Below, piece by piece: positions 48,955-58,254 of a DNA stretch of 64,000 nucleotides. The notes beneath the pieces were generated by a model. The model worked only from the letters and a program-made list of their open reading frames with translations, had not been told where the DNA came from and searched no databases. Each line of letters opens with the position of its first letter. The stretch's first letter is position 1. The position numbers and the translations under genes are program-made. Source of the stretch: an uncultured Candidatus Saccharibacteria bacterium (GTDB lineage: Bacteria; Patescibacteriota; Minisyncoccia; Phycocordibacterales; DSPV01); contig CAZNMD010000001.1 in NCBI GenBank assembly GCA_964574355.1, positions 26,180 through 90,179 of the forward strand, in the 5' to 3' direction.

Positions 48955-49247
48955 GTGAACCTACGGGGACCGCTCCGCGTATCGATCCTTACAGGATCAG
49001 TACAGGTTTCCCATTTTTTCACCATCAGAATGGCTCAAAAATATGGGAGAACCTTTTCGATTCCTACAGGGAAACGCGGAGTACCGCTTTCGGTCAGGAA
49101 TATTTTATTCGCCGTCGCTCATAAAATTTCCCGACCCGGACTCGCGCTTCGCCCAAGCTTGGGCTCAAGGCACTCCGTCTTTCGATTCCCCGTAGCGTCT
49201 ACAAAAATATAGTCGGCCAATGCTTCGCGCTGGCCTCATTATTTTTG
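48955..49247. mobile_element. Structured non-coding element attached to the tRNA-Glu 3' end (att-like duplication)
   Basis: GTGAACCTACGGGGA (48955-48969) versus tRNA end GTGACCCTACGGGGA (49247-49261), 14/15; inverted tRNA-end copy 49181-49195; several nested hairpins. Confidence 0.6.
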
Positions 49248-49319
49248 TGACCCTACGGGGAATCGAACCCCGATTTAAGCCTTGAGAAGGCTCTGTCCTA
49301 ACCGTTAGACGATAGGGCC
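49248..49319 (-). tRNA. tRNA-Glu (anticodon CTC), CCA not encoded
   Basis: GGCCCTATCGTCTAACGGTTAGGACAGAGCCTTCTCAAGGCTTAAATCGGGGTTCGATTCCCCGTAGGGTCA folds as a cloverleaf with a TTCGA T-loop. Confidence 0.96.
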
Positions 49320-49467
49320 ATATCTGAATAAAAAAATAATAGCTTAAAATAATGCCTTTATCAAGATGGAATTGACATTTGCCAATATATTTGTTATTAT
49401 TTTAAATAGAGGTTGATATCACTTCAACCGCCCTAAACAGTCACCACACAGGTGACAAGGAGTATAG

Positions 49468-49890
49468 ATGAAATTGAAATTGATGATGCCGGCAATCTAC
49501 AAATTGACTAGGTGGTCGGCAAACGAGGCAAATGTTCAGGTACCAAAGGCAAGGATATGGGGATGGCACAGAGTTGACGACCTCATTGAAGTCGTCAACA
49601 ACATCCGAGAAGAAAAGGGGCTTTCCCCTTTAACCCCGCAGCAAATGGGGGAAACATACCTTCTCAAGGATCTGCCGATCGACCAGGAAGCGATTCCTGA
49701 GGCTCGCAGCTGGTGCCACCCGTTGTGTTTCGCAATGGAGGATCCCTCGGATGGGACATTCTATCCAACCCTCATGAACTGTCATCCAACATTTTGGCTC
49801 CACCATCTGAAAGAAGACTACAAATGGTGTAAGGACAAATTTGTCCCAGCCGGAGTCGGCATGGCCCTCATCAAAATGGTGAAAGCTTAA
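49468..49890 (+). CDS. Hypothetical protein (orphan cassette)
   Basis: AAGGAG RBS, TTGACA-17-TATTAT promoter, strong terminator 49905-49942. Confidence 0.75.
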   Translation: MKLKLMMPAIYKLTRWSANEANVQVPKARIWGWHRVDDLIEVVNNIREEKGLSPLTPQQMGETYLLKDLPIDQEAIPEARSWCHPLCFAMEDPSDGTFYPTLMNCHPTFWLHHLKEDYKWCKDKFVPAGVGMALIKMVKA

Positions 49891-49973
49891 GGCTAGCACC
49901 GCACCCCGCTCTCGATTCAATCGAGAGCGGGTTTTCTTTTTTATTATACTCTCTCACTTCCCCTTTTTTATTC

Positions 49974-51272
49974 TTACCTTCTCCCCCACTCTTCTTCTTG
50001 TCTCACTAAAACATCTTTTGCTATTTTTGGATCAGCTAACAGGGCAGCTGAAACGCGTTCCATTCGAGCACCTTGAGAACCTTTTACTAAAACAACATCA
50101 CCTTTTGCAACAATCTTTGAAAGATATTCTGCTGCCTCTGCTGAATTTGAAAAAAAGACAACGCTTTCTTTTGCTTTTCCAGATTTAAGTAAAGCTTCCC
50201 CTGCTCCACGTGCTCGTAAACCAACAGCGACAAATAAATCTACAAATGTCGCTTCTTTGCCAATTGCTTCATGCTCAGCAATTGAATATTTTCCAAGTTC
50301 GAGCATGTCACCAAATGCAACAATTTTTCGCCCCTGTACCGTAAGGCTCGACAAGGTATGCAACGCTTCTCGAGCGGCCACCGGAGATGAATTGTAACTA
50401 TCATCAATGATCACTGACCCCTCTTTACCTTCCAATAGCTTCATTCTTCCCGGAGGAGACACGTGAGTAGCCAGACGATCAGCGGCTTTACGAATATCAA
50501 AGCCGGCAGCTTTTGAAGCGGTAAGTGCGGCTAAAAGTGGATAGGCATGATGTTTACCAAGCGACCCTTTATAGGTCATAAAAAAAGATTCCCCTCCTGA
50601 TAAAATCTTCATTGAAAAACCAACTGGATAGCGCCGCCCATCTTTTTCTTCATAAACCACCTCATACGTTTCTGCACGAACAGTTACCCCCTCAGAAAAT
50701 CCATACGTGAGCATAGAAACACCTCGCTTCTTCACTCCATCAATAATCAATGGATCATCTCCGTTCGCGATAACGGTTCCGCCTTTTTGAAGTGAGTCAA
50801 CCAAGGAAAGTTTTTCTTCCACAACCTTTTGTGGCGAAGAAAAATATTCAACATGTACGGGAACATTTGGAAGACGCGTCAAAACAACCATATGCGGTTT
50901 AACCCAGGAGGCTATTTTTTTAATATCACCTGGCCGGTCAGCCCCAACCTCAAGCACAACCCACTTTGGATAGGTCGTAAAACCAAAAATAACCTTAAGA
51001 CCTTGAAAAATATTTACCGTCCAGGCAATAGGATCGCTCCAAGCGTTTTTAAGACCAAGAATAGTAAGAGGCACACCAATCTCACTATTAAAAGATTTTT
51101 CACTTTTTCGCGCCTGCACAAAACCAGAAAACGCAGTAAAAACTGCGTCTTTTGTTGAGGTCTTTCCAACACTACCGGTAACTGCAATAACTGATGGCTT
51201 AAACCTTTTTAAAACCGCCCGTGATTCTGCTTCCAAAATCGTGGCGATTACTTTCTTAAAAACAGCCTTCAT
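49974..51272 (-). CDS. murF: UDP-MurNAc-tripeptide--D-Ala-D-Ala ligase
   Basis: VTGSVGKTSTK, FNSEIGVPLT, LEVGAD, IDDSYNSSP, GDMLELG, LVKGSQ. Confidence 0.95.
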   Translation of the reverse strand: MKAVFKKVIATILEAESRAVLKRFKPSVIAVTGSVGKTSTKDAVFTAFSGFVQARKSEKSFNSEIGVPLTILGLKNAWSDPIAWTVNIFQGLKVIFGFTTYPKWVVLEVGADRPGDIKKIASWVKPHMVVLTRLPNVPVHVEYFSSPQKVVEEKLSLVDSLQKGGTVIANGDDPLIIDGVKKRGVSMLTYGFSEGVTVRAETYEVVYEEKDGRRYPVGFSMKILSGGESFFMTYKGSLGKHHAYPLLAALTASKAAGFDIRKAADRLATHVSPPGRMKLLEGKEGSVIIDDSYNSSPVAAREALHTLSSLTVQGRKIVAFGDMLELGKYSIAEHEAIGKEATFVDLFVAVGLRARGAGEALLKSGKAKESVVFFSNSAEAAEYLSKIVAKGDVVLVKGSQGARMERVSAALLADPKIAKDVLVRQEEEWGRR

Positions 51273-51446
51273 AGATATGGAATAAATATATCAGATGAAT
51301 GGCTATTTTCATTGTGCATTTTGATTCGAATCTCTACCTCATCATACATTGACTAAGCTACATTATTATGTTAATATTCTACTTAGAGCACTCATACGTG
51401 CACCCTTATGCAACAGGTAAAGTTGCATCAATAAAGGACATTGATA

Positions 51447-52130
51447 ATGAATACATTGGGTCTTCCCCAATTGATGGATAAGTCGTACTTCGACAGCGTC
51501 AGCCAGCTGATGAGGAAACAAGGTCTTCGTGAGTTCGCTCGCGTCGCTATCAGCACAGATGATGTGCGGTATCACGTTTTAGCATCAATTGCTCGGAGCA
51601 CCTCACTCTTCTTCTTACTCTCGCAACGCGCCTTCATGGTACAACTCACTTACACCGAGAGTAACCACGAAGACGAGCAGGAAAGACTGTACTATACCGG
51701 AAAACCTCCACAGGGGGTGCACGGGCATTGGAGCATACACTTCTACCATAAGTTCCTGGAGTACGGTAAACTTCTGGATCGAGTAAAACACCTAGATCAC
51801 GAATGTTGGGACGATGAATTGGCAAAAGTGCCTTTTCACGGACACGGTCCGAAATTCTCTGGGTTTCAGTGGTACGGAAACAAATACGAAGAACCTGGTC
51901 AAAATCCACAAGGTCTCGACCTTGGGAGATTAGCACAAGAAATAGGCTACAATACCTACCTCTGTGCCGACTGGCTCGCGGGCCCACAATTCGACGACCT
52001 TCAAGTCACATGCTTCCCTCCGTACTACACGTTCCCCGGATGTGAAAACATCTTCTGGGATCGGTTCGGAAGGCACAACCTTCGGCCACTCATCAAAAAG
52101 GCTTGGGGTTCGGAAGGACTCAGGAGATAA
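51447..52130 (+). CDS. Hypothetical protein (orphan cassette)
   Basis: AAAGGA RBS, TTGACT-17-TAATAT promoter, terminator AAAGCCGCAG/CTGCGGCTTTTT. Confidence 0.75.
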   Translation: MNTLGLPQLMDKSYFDSVSQLMRKQGLREFARVAISTDDVRYHVLASIARSTSLFFLLSQRAFMVQLTYTESNHEDEQERLYYTGKPPQGVHGHWSIHFYHKFLEYGKLLDRVKHLDHECWDDELAKVPFHGHGPKFSGFQWYGNKYEEPGQNPQGLDLGRLAQEIGYNTYLCADWLAGPQFDDLQVTCFPPYYTFPGCENIFWDRFGRHNLRPLIKKAWGSEGLRR

Positions 52131-52294
52131 CTGACTCTTTTCATTTCAGTTCAAAGCCGCAGAGCAATCTGCGGCTTTTTTATTGACAAATATACTTATA
52201 TATGATAAATTTTCTAGCAGGTAAAGTTCCTCGAAATTAGATTTCTGCACTTCGTCATAGCAGAGAGCAGCTAACTACTTAGCATTTCTCTGCT

Positions 52295-52882
52295 ATGACG
52301 AAATCAAACGGTTTCTCTGGCAAACGTTTACTCAAACGTTTCAAAACAGAGTACGTATGGCGACAACGTCACCGCCTAGTACATATGCAACCAATCATTC
52401 AGTTTTACTGGCAACTCCTCGAGCACTGCAGGAATGACATTGGAGGAAGTATACTCACACAAGGAATTCTTTCTTTGGCAAAAAAAGCAAAACCCTCGTG
52501 GATAGCGACCGAGGAAAATGTCCGCCTTGTGAGGGAGTGGTACCTTGATAGCAACGAGCTCAACTCGGGAACCAACGCAAAAGAAAAACGTCTCACCGCC
52601 CACAAGCTGATGCTGGACTTGTTGGCGGCGGCCTTCAAAGACCTCTCTCCTCTCAAAAATCCTGCGGCAATGGCACTCTTTTTTGAGATCAAGCAAGCGT
52701 TTTGTCTGCCCGAAGATGTCTTTGTATGGGCACGGAATATCAAGCAGCGCGAAGATGGTAGTGGAGTCATCATTCTCCACGTAAGTGATGTTGATACATT
52801 CAGACGCACTATGGAGGCCGGGCGGATGGGTGTCAGAGGTCGAACCCTCGAAAAGGTTCTGCTCATCGATGGATCAGAGTAA
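52295..52882 (+). CDS. Hypothetical protein (orphan cassette)
   Basis: TTGACA-17-TAAATT promoter near 52183; terminator AACCCCAAGC/GCTTGGGGTT at 52906-52937. Confidence 0.7.
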   Translation: MTKSNGFSGKRLLKRFKTEYVWRQRHRLVHMQPIIQFYWQLLEHCRNDIGGSILTQGILSLAKKAKPSWIATEENVRLVREWYLDSNELNSGTNAKEKRLTAHKLMLDLLAAAFKDLSPLKNPAAMALFFEIKQAFCLPEDVFVWARNIKQREDGSGVIILHVSDVDTFRRTMEAGRMGVRGRTLEKVLLIDGSE

Positions 52883-52969
52883 TCAATTCCAAAATAAAAA
52901 GTTACAACCCCAAGCTACGCGCTTGGGGTTCTTTTTTATATTCCGAATATTGTGTCGTCATTCCGATGG

Positions 52970-53087
52970 CGCACCTTAGGGTAATTTGGTGCGAGGCTTT
53001 TGTACTAGAGAATGTAACGGAGGCCGATGAGGCCGAGTGTAGGGCGGCGCGAGCACGCGACGACCCGCATTCTCTGGTGCAAAGGCC
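52970..53087 (+). ncRNA. Candidate structured RNA / REP-like element
   Basis: 20-bp stem 52995-53014/53068-53087 (17 Watson-Crick + 3 G-U on + strand) enclosing a GC-rich hairpin; additional CGCACC/GGTGCG stem. Confidence 0.4.
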
Positions 53088-53090
53088 GAG

Positions 53091-54818
53091 TTAACGGTCT
53101 GGAGGAATATTGTAATACGACAACAAAAATCTCGCTGTATCCATTGTTGGTATCGTCAACGTTTCAGATGCATACGTGGCACCTTTAGGATACACAGCAT
53201 ACATAAACACTAAAAATTTAGGATCGTACGCAGGAAAATAAGCGAAAAATGAGTGAAGGTATCGATCATCATAATATCCTCCCGAACTGTTAGCCATTTG
53301 AGCCGTTCCCGTTTTTGCAGCAACCGTATATTTAGCCAGTTTTGCTTTACCGTGCAAAAGAGCGTCATCAACCACCTTAACCAACATGCGAGTAATCGTC
53401 TTTGATGTGTTTTCTGAAATCACACGTCGCTCAGACGTATAATCTGGCCGACGCACCGAACCATCTTCATATCGAATTTCTTGAATTAAATGAGGATTTG
53501 GAAGTATGCCACCATTTCCAAGAGCCGAAAGCGCTCGAGCCATCATAATAGGGGTTACGGCGAAACCTTGACCATATGACGCAGTTGCAACCGTCACATC
53601 ACGCTTATTAGAAAGGTTGGCCACAAGTCCCGCAGATTCATTTGGTAAATCAATTCCTGTTTCTTCACCAATACCAAAACGATGTAAGCCCTCTATAAAT
53701 TTGTCATAGCCTAATTTCAAACCAACATAAGCTGCGCCCGTATTCAACGATTGGCTTAAAATTTCTTGCATTGGCACGGTCCCCCTTCCTTTACCATCAA
53801 AATTTTTAATAGTCTTTCCGTCCAAATCAAGAAATCCGGCATCAAAGTAGGTTGACTCTGCATTTACAATACCAGCATCAAGACCAAGCGCTACCGTAAT
53901 TGGTTTTGCAATCGAACCCATTTCATACACATTTTCAACAATTGGATTTCCAAACACAGATGGATCCGTAACTTCACCATAAAGATTTGGATCAAATGAC
54001 GGAAGTGAAGCCATGGCCAACAGTGCACCTGTTTTTGGATCCATAACAAGAGCCCCTACCTCATCAGCTTTCCAATTCTCATTAAATGACTCTAATGTTT
54101 TTTCTATTTCGAGTTGAACTGACGGCTCGATTGAAACAATAATATTTCCTGGACCCTCAAGTGTGACCTCTTCTTCTTTTGGCTTATCTTCAAATAAGGT
54201 AGCGAAAAGTGACGAATGAACTCCTGTATTACTGCGACCTAACACATGTTCATAGTACCGCTCGAGTCCATAACGTCCGGTTAACATATCACCCTCCCAA
54301 CCAACAAATCCCAAAAGATGCGACGCAAAATCACCGGCCGCATAGATACGCCAATGTTCATCACTAACAATGGTCCCTTCAAGTGCCCTCTCTTCAATCA
54401 ATCGTGCAGCATCGCGTGGAACACGTTTGGCGACTTCTTCATATGTATCATTTGTTTTTGCTGCTTTTTGCAAAAAAATGGCCTGATCAAGAGGTACGAT
54501 CGCAGCAAGAGACTGAAATGTTGTCTCGGGGTTTTTTATAACACTCGGATTAATTGCCAACGTGGCTCCCGATGCAATCGTCGCCGCACCAACTTCAATA
54601 CCTTTTTTATCTAAAAAATAAATAGATCCGCGATCGAACAGATTTCCAGAATTTCTTCGATATTGTCGGTCAGCAGCTTCACGATATTCATCACCATGAA
54701 CAATCGTGACCATATATAGTTTCACTAAAAGAATGAGGCCTGCGACAAGAATCAAAAAACCAATGAGACGAAGCCTGAGCGAAAAATCATGACCAAGAGC
54801 ATCGCGGCTATGACTCAT
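53091..54818 (-). CDS. ftsI: Class B penicillin-binding protein (FtsI/PBP3)
   Basis: RGSIY, YEMGSIAK (SxxK), SLN, KTGTAQ; follows mraZ-rsmH-ftsL. Confidence 0.9.
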   Translation of the reverse strand: MSHSRDALGHDFSLRLRLIGFLILVAGLILLVKLYMVTIVHGDEYREAADRQYRRNSGNLFDRGSIYFLDKKGIEVGAATIASGATLAINPSVIKNPETTFQSLAAIVPLDQAIFLQKAAKTNDTYEEVAKRVPRDAARLIEERALEGTIVSDEHWRIYAAGDFASHLLGFVGWEGDMLTGRYGLERYYEHVLGRSNTGVHSSLFATLFEDKPKEEEVTLEGPGNIIVSIEPSVQLEIEKTLESFNENWKADEVGALVMDPKTGALLAMASLPSFDPNLYGEVTDPSVFGNPIVENVYEMGSIAKPITVALGLDAGIVNAESTYFDAGFLDLDGKTIKNFDGKGRGTVPMQEILSQSLNTGAAYVGLKLGYDKFIEGLHRFGIGEETGIDLPNESAGLVANLSNKRDVTVATASYGQGFAVTPIMMARALSALGNGGILPNPHLIQEIRYEDGSVRRPDYTSERRVISENTSKTITRMLVKVVDDALLHGKAKLAKYTVAAKTGTAQMANSSGGYYDDRYLHSFFAYFPAYDPKFLVFMYAVYPKGATYASETLTIPTMDTARFLLSYYNIPPDR

Positions 54819-54842
54819 GTTGCATTGATGAACTCAAACCAA

Positions 54843-55199
54843 CTACTGGCTTGAGAGAGTAAAACCAGGCCCAAGAGAGCCACGAATAACGAAAGAAGGG
54901 TCGACAGGAACAAAACCAAGCATTTTTGCATTATCTCTATTTACTGAATCTAGCAAAGCGACATACACAGCCTCTTTTTCAGCAACATGAGCAACTAGCT
55001 CCACAAGATCAGATAAGCCTGTGCGTCTCTCAGCCGCCACAACAGTCGTCCCAACCATAAAAGCAACGTAGGCACCGGTCGCGATAAAACCAAAAAGTAA
55101 GAGTCCTATAAAAATCATCTTTCGCAATTCCAACGAAACCACTTCCCCAACAGCAAGATCGGATACTCCTCTATTTATTTTTTTAATTACTGTCATCAT
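54843..55199 (-). CDS. FtsL-like bitopic division protein
   Basis: Single TM plus short coiled coil ending AKMLGF; syntenic position between rsmH and ftsI. Confidence 0.65.
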   Translation of the reverse strand: MMTVIKKINRGVSDLAVGEVVSLELRKMIFIGLLLFGFIATGAYVAFMVGTTVVAAERRTGLSDLVELVAHVAEKEAVYVALLDSVNRDNAKMLGFVPVDPSFVIRGSLGPGFTLSSQ

Positions 55200-56119
55200 G
55201 TGGTTATTTTTTCTATTTTTTCAAGAGCTCGTAATTTTGCGCTGCGACTTCGTGGATTATTTTTTATCTCTTCTTCGGTTGCAACAATTGGTTTTTTTAC
55301 AATAAGTTTTCCTTCTTTTTCTTTAGCTCTCTCTTTCATAAATCGTTTTACTATTCCGTCTTCACCGCTATGGAAAGAGATAACAACCAACCTTCCCCCA
55401 ACTCGCACATACTTCCACAAACCCAAAAGTGCCTCCTGAAGAGCGCCATACTCGTCATTAACCGCAATACGAAGAGCTTGAAACGACTTAGTGGCAGGAT
55501 TAATGCGTCCATGAGTATACGAAGCAGGTACTGCATTTTTAATAACATCAACTAATTCAAACGTTGTTTCTATAGGTTTAACCGTTCGAGCTCGTACAAT
55601 AGCTGCTGCAATTCGATGAGCATATCGTTCTTCGCCATATCCAAATAAAACATTTGAAATATCTGCTTCTTTCCATGTATTAAGAATTCTTTTTGCTGTC
55701 AACGCGTCAGCTTCTGGTTTATCAGATAACGTCATTAAAAGGGGTTCATCTTTTTGAAAAGAAAAACCGCGACCACTTGATTCCAATTGATCTGAGCGCA
55801 TTCCCAAATCAAGCAATACCCGATCAACACTACTTACTCCCGCCGATTCGAGCACAGACGGTGCCGTTTTGAAGTTAAAAGGATAAAAACGAACATTTGC
55901 AACACCAGCGGTACTAATTTTTCCTTCAGCGGCAGCAATAGCCTCACTATCAACATCAAAGCAGTGAAGAGAAATGTCACCGTGAACACGTTTCGCAATT
56001 TCAACAGAATGCCCTCCTCCGCCAACAGTACCATCAACAACAACATCACCCGGCTTTGGATCCAAAAGATCGACGGTTTCATGAAGCAAGACAGGAATAT
56101 GAATTGAAATAGCTGTCAT
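55196..56119 (-). CDS. rsmH: 16S rRNA m4C1402 methyltransferase
   Basis: HIPVLL, DGTVGGGGHS, DLG, GRGFSF, FQALRIAVN, ISFHSGED, NPRSRSAKLR. Confidence 0.97.
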   Translation of the reverse strand: MTAISIHIPVLLHETVDLLDPKPGDVVVDGTVGGGGHSVEIAKRVHGDISLHCFDVDSEAIAAAEGKISTAGVANVRFYPFNFKTAPSVLESAGVSSVDRVLLDLGMRSDQLESSGRGFSFQKDEPLLMTLSDKPEADALTAKRILNTWKEADISNVLFGYGEERYAHRIAAAIVRARTVKPIETTFELVDVIKNAVPASYTHGRINPATKSFQALRIAVNDEYGALQEALLGLWKYVRVGGRLVVISFHSGEDGIVKRFMKERAKEKEGKLIVKKPIVATEEEIKNNPRSRSAKLRALEKIEKITT

Positions 56120-56128
56120 GTCCTTTGT

Positions 56129-56563
56129 TTAAATAAATCCAATATCACCAAGTTTTTGAGCCAATGTATCGCCTTGTTGTTCAATTTTTGCCTTGTACGT
56201 TGCCCAAGCTTCTTTATTCCAAATCTCAACACGCTCTTGAACACCAACAAACACAGCCGATGTATCAATCTTTGCAAACGTGCGCAAAAAATCAGGTATT
56301 AAAATTCGTCCCGCCGAATCAACTTCAACATCAGCAGCACCACCAAAAAGAAAACGAGAAAAGCCACGAGATTCAGCGCTTCCCATTGAAAGGTCCTCGA
56401 GTTTTGCTGAAAATTTTTCAAATGCCTTTCCGGAATATAAAAACAAACACGCGTCTAGTCCGCGCGTGATCACAATTTTTTTACCTACCTCGCTTCGGAA
56501 TTTTGCCGGCAACGAGATGCGGTTTTTTTCGTCAAAAGAATGAGTATATTCGCCTATAAGCAT
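56129..56563 (-). CDS. mraZ: Division/cell-wall transcriptional repressor MraZ
   Basis: GEYTHSFDEKNRISLPAKFR, DSAGRILIP, RVEIW. Confidence 0.97.
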   Translation of the reverse strand: MLIGEYTHSFDEKNRISLPAKFRSEVGKKIVITRGLDACLFLYSGKAFEKFSAKLEDLSMGSAESRGFSRFLFGGAADVEVDSAGRILIPDFLRTFAKIDTSAVFVGVQERVEIWNKEAWATYKAKIEQQGDTLAQKLGDIGFI

Positions 56564-56669
56564 GATGTGATTCGAGCAGAAACTGCGTGTGGCGTACCTT
56601 GCGCGCTGCTGTCCGTATTAGACAACGCACAAGGTACACCGATTCGCAGTATGTGATACATTTTTGATA

Positions 56670-56737
56670 TACCACAATTTCCCACTCAATGATTATTCTA
56701 TTACACTCTATCCCACCATGCTACAGATTTATCCACA
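56670..56737 (-). promoter_or_regulatory. mraZ promoter with phased GTGG MraZ boxes
   Basis: Minus-strand GTGGAT, GTGGGA, GTGTAA, GTGGGA, GTGGTA at about 10-nt periodicity around a TAGAAT -10 box. Confidence 0.75.
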
Positions 56738-56765
56738 AAATCGCCCTTGTTAGGGCGATTTTGTG
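56734..56765 (-). terminator. Terminator after lysS
   Basis: CACAAAATCGCCCT-TGTT-AGGGCGATTTTGTG. Confidence 0.75.
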
Positions 56766-56787
56766 TGTTCTGATTTTCTACAAAAAG

Positions 56788-58254
56788 TTAAGAACTTTTA
56801 TCTTTTTTTGGTCGTACCAGAGGAAACAACTGCGTCTCTCGTACCGGTCTACCAGACAAAAGAGCAAAAAGACGCTCTCCAAAGCCGTACCCACAGGTTG
56901 GAGGCATTCCGTGCTCAAGCATTTCAACAAATTCATAATCACTCATCATGGCCTCATCATCACCCTTCTCTATCAATTTTTGCTGTTCTTCAAATCGGGA
57001 CGCTTGATCAATTGGATCATTTAGTTCTGAATACCCACGCCCAAGCTCACTTCCAGCAATAAGGGGCTGAAACATTTGAACAGTCTTTTTCTCAGCTGAA
57101 TCCAACTTTGCAAGTGGAGCAACTAAAACAGGGTGACCAACAAGAAAAGCTGGTCCAGATATATTTTTACGACAATATTTCCACAAAGTATCAGTTAATC
57201 GTTCTTTATTTTTTCCTGCATACTCAACATGTAACTCATGAAGTTTCGTTTCCATCTCCTTTTCAGTTGCAGAAGCAATATCAACACCTGTTTGTTTTTT
57301 AATTTCTTCAATATAGTCAATTCTTGGCCACTCGCCCGCTAAATCAAAAGTGTGTCCGTTTACATTAAATGCGGTTGTTCCAAAAACCTCTTTTGCAACC
57401 GTTTGATACAAATCCTGCACCAATTTCATACCCATCTCAAAATCTGTATACGCGGCGTAAAATTCAACATTAGTAAACTCTTGAAGATGCTCAGGACTTG
57501 TTCCTTCATTTCGATAAATACGACCAATTTCAAAAGTTTTTTCAAAACCAGCTGCCATAAGACGTTTTTGCCACAATTCACCAACAGAAATACGCAAAAA
57601 CATATCCATATCATAATCGTTGTGGTGCGTCTTAAACGGTCGAGCCTCCGCTCCACCAGTTGTAACTTCAAGTGTTGGAGTTTCAACCTCAAGAAAACCC
57701 TTACCCGAAAGATAGGTGCGAATAACATTCCAAAATTTTGCCTTACGTACAAAAAGTTCTCGTTCATCAGGGCGCATCAAAAGATCAAGATATCGTTGTC
57801 GTAAACGCTCTTCTTCATTTTGGAGACCATGCCATTTTTCAGGAAGTGGCCGAAGTGATTTCGCCCCCATTGTCCAACTAGTTACTGCAACGGTCTGCTG
57901 ACCTCGTTTAGTAACAAACAAGGTTCCAGTAAAAGATACAAAATCACCGATATCGACAACTTCAGTAAAAAAATCAAAAGACTCCTTGGGAGTATCACCT
58001 TCTTTTAAGAGCGCCTGAAACATACCGGTACCATCGGTAAAATTAACAAAAATCAAACCTCCCTGAGCACGAATAGCAAGTATTCTCCCAGCAAGAGAGA
58101 GCTCACCTTTCGTTGCAAGCGTCTCGAATTCTTTTATTGCAACCTCAATTGAGGCATCACGAGGAATTTTTGCCGGATACGGATTAATACCACGCGCACG
58201 AATTGCGTTTAATTTTTCAAGTCGGCCATTTCTTATTTCTTCGAGTGAGGCCAT
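56788..58254 (-). CDS. lysS: Lysine--tRNA ligase (class II)
   Basis: LRPLPEKWHGL, RQRYLDL, GGAEARPF, YRNEG, YSELNDP, GMPPTCG. Confidence 0.98.
   Translation of the reverse strand: MASLEEIRNGRLEKLNAIRARGINPYPAKIPRDASIEVAIKEFETLATKGELSLAGRILAIRAQGGLIFVNFTDGTGMFQALLKEGDTPKESFDFFTEVVDIGDFVSFTGTLFVTKRGQQTVAVTSWTMGAKSLRPLPEKWHGLQNEEERLRQRYLDLLMRPDERELFVRKAKFWNVIRTYLSGKGFLEVETPTLEVTTGGAEARPFKTHHNDYDMDMFLRISVGELWQKRLMAAGFEKTFEIGRIYRNEGTSPEHLQEFTNVEFYAAYTDFEMGMKLVQDLYQTVAKEVFGTTAFNVNGHTFDLAGEWPRIDYIEEIKKQTGVDIASATEKEMETKLHELHVEYAGKNKERLTDTLWKYCRKNISGPAFLVGHPVLVAPLAKLDSAEKKTVQMFQPLIAGSELGRGYSELNDPIDQASRFEEQQKLIEKGDDEAMMSDYEFVEMLEHGMPPTCGYGFGERLFALLSGRPVRETQLFPLVRPKKDKSS

Noticed and set aside
48772-49212. 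ORFs 48772-49212 and 48894-49124
   Set aside because: They run through a terminator and a palindromic tRNA-associated element and have no protein-like features.
53015-53090. Hammerhead ribozyme (GATGAGGCCGA...AAAGGCCGA resemblance)
   Set aside because: The core CUGAUGA reads CCGAUGA and the required GAAA after stem II is absent.
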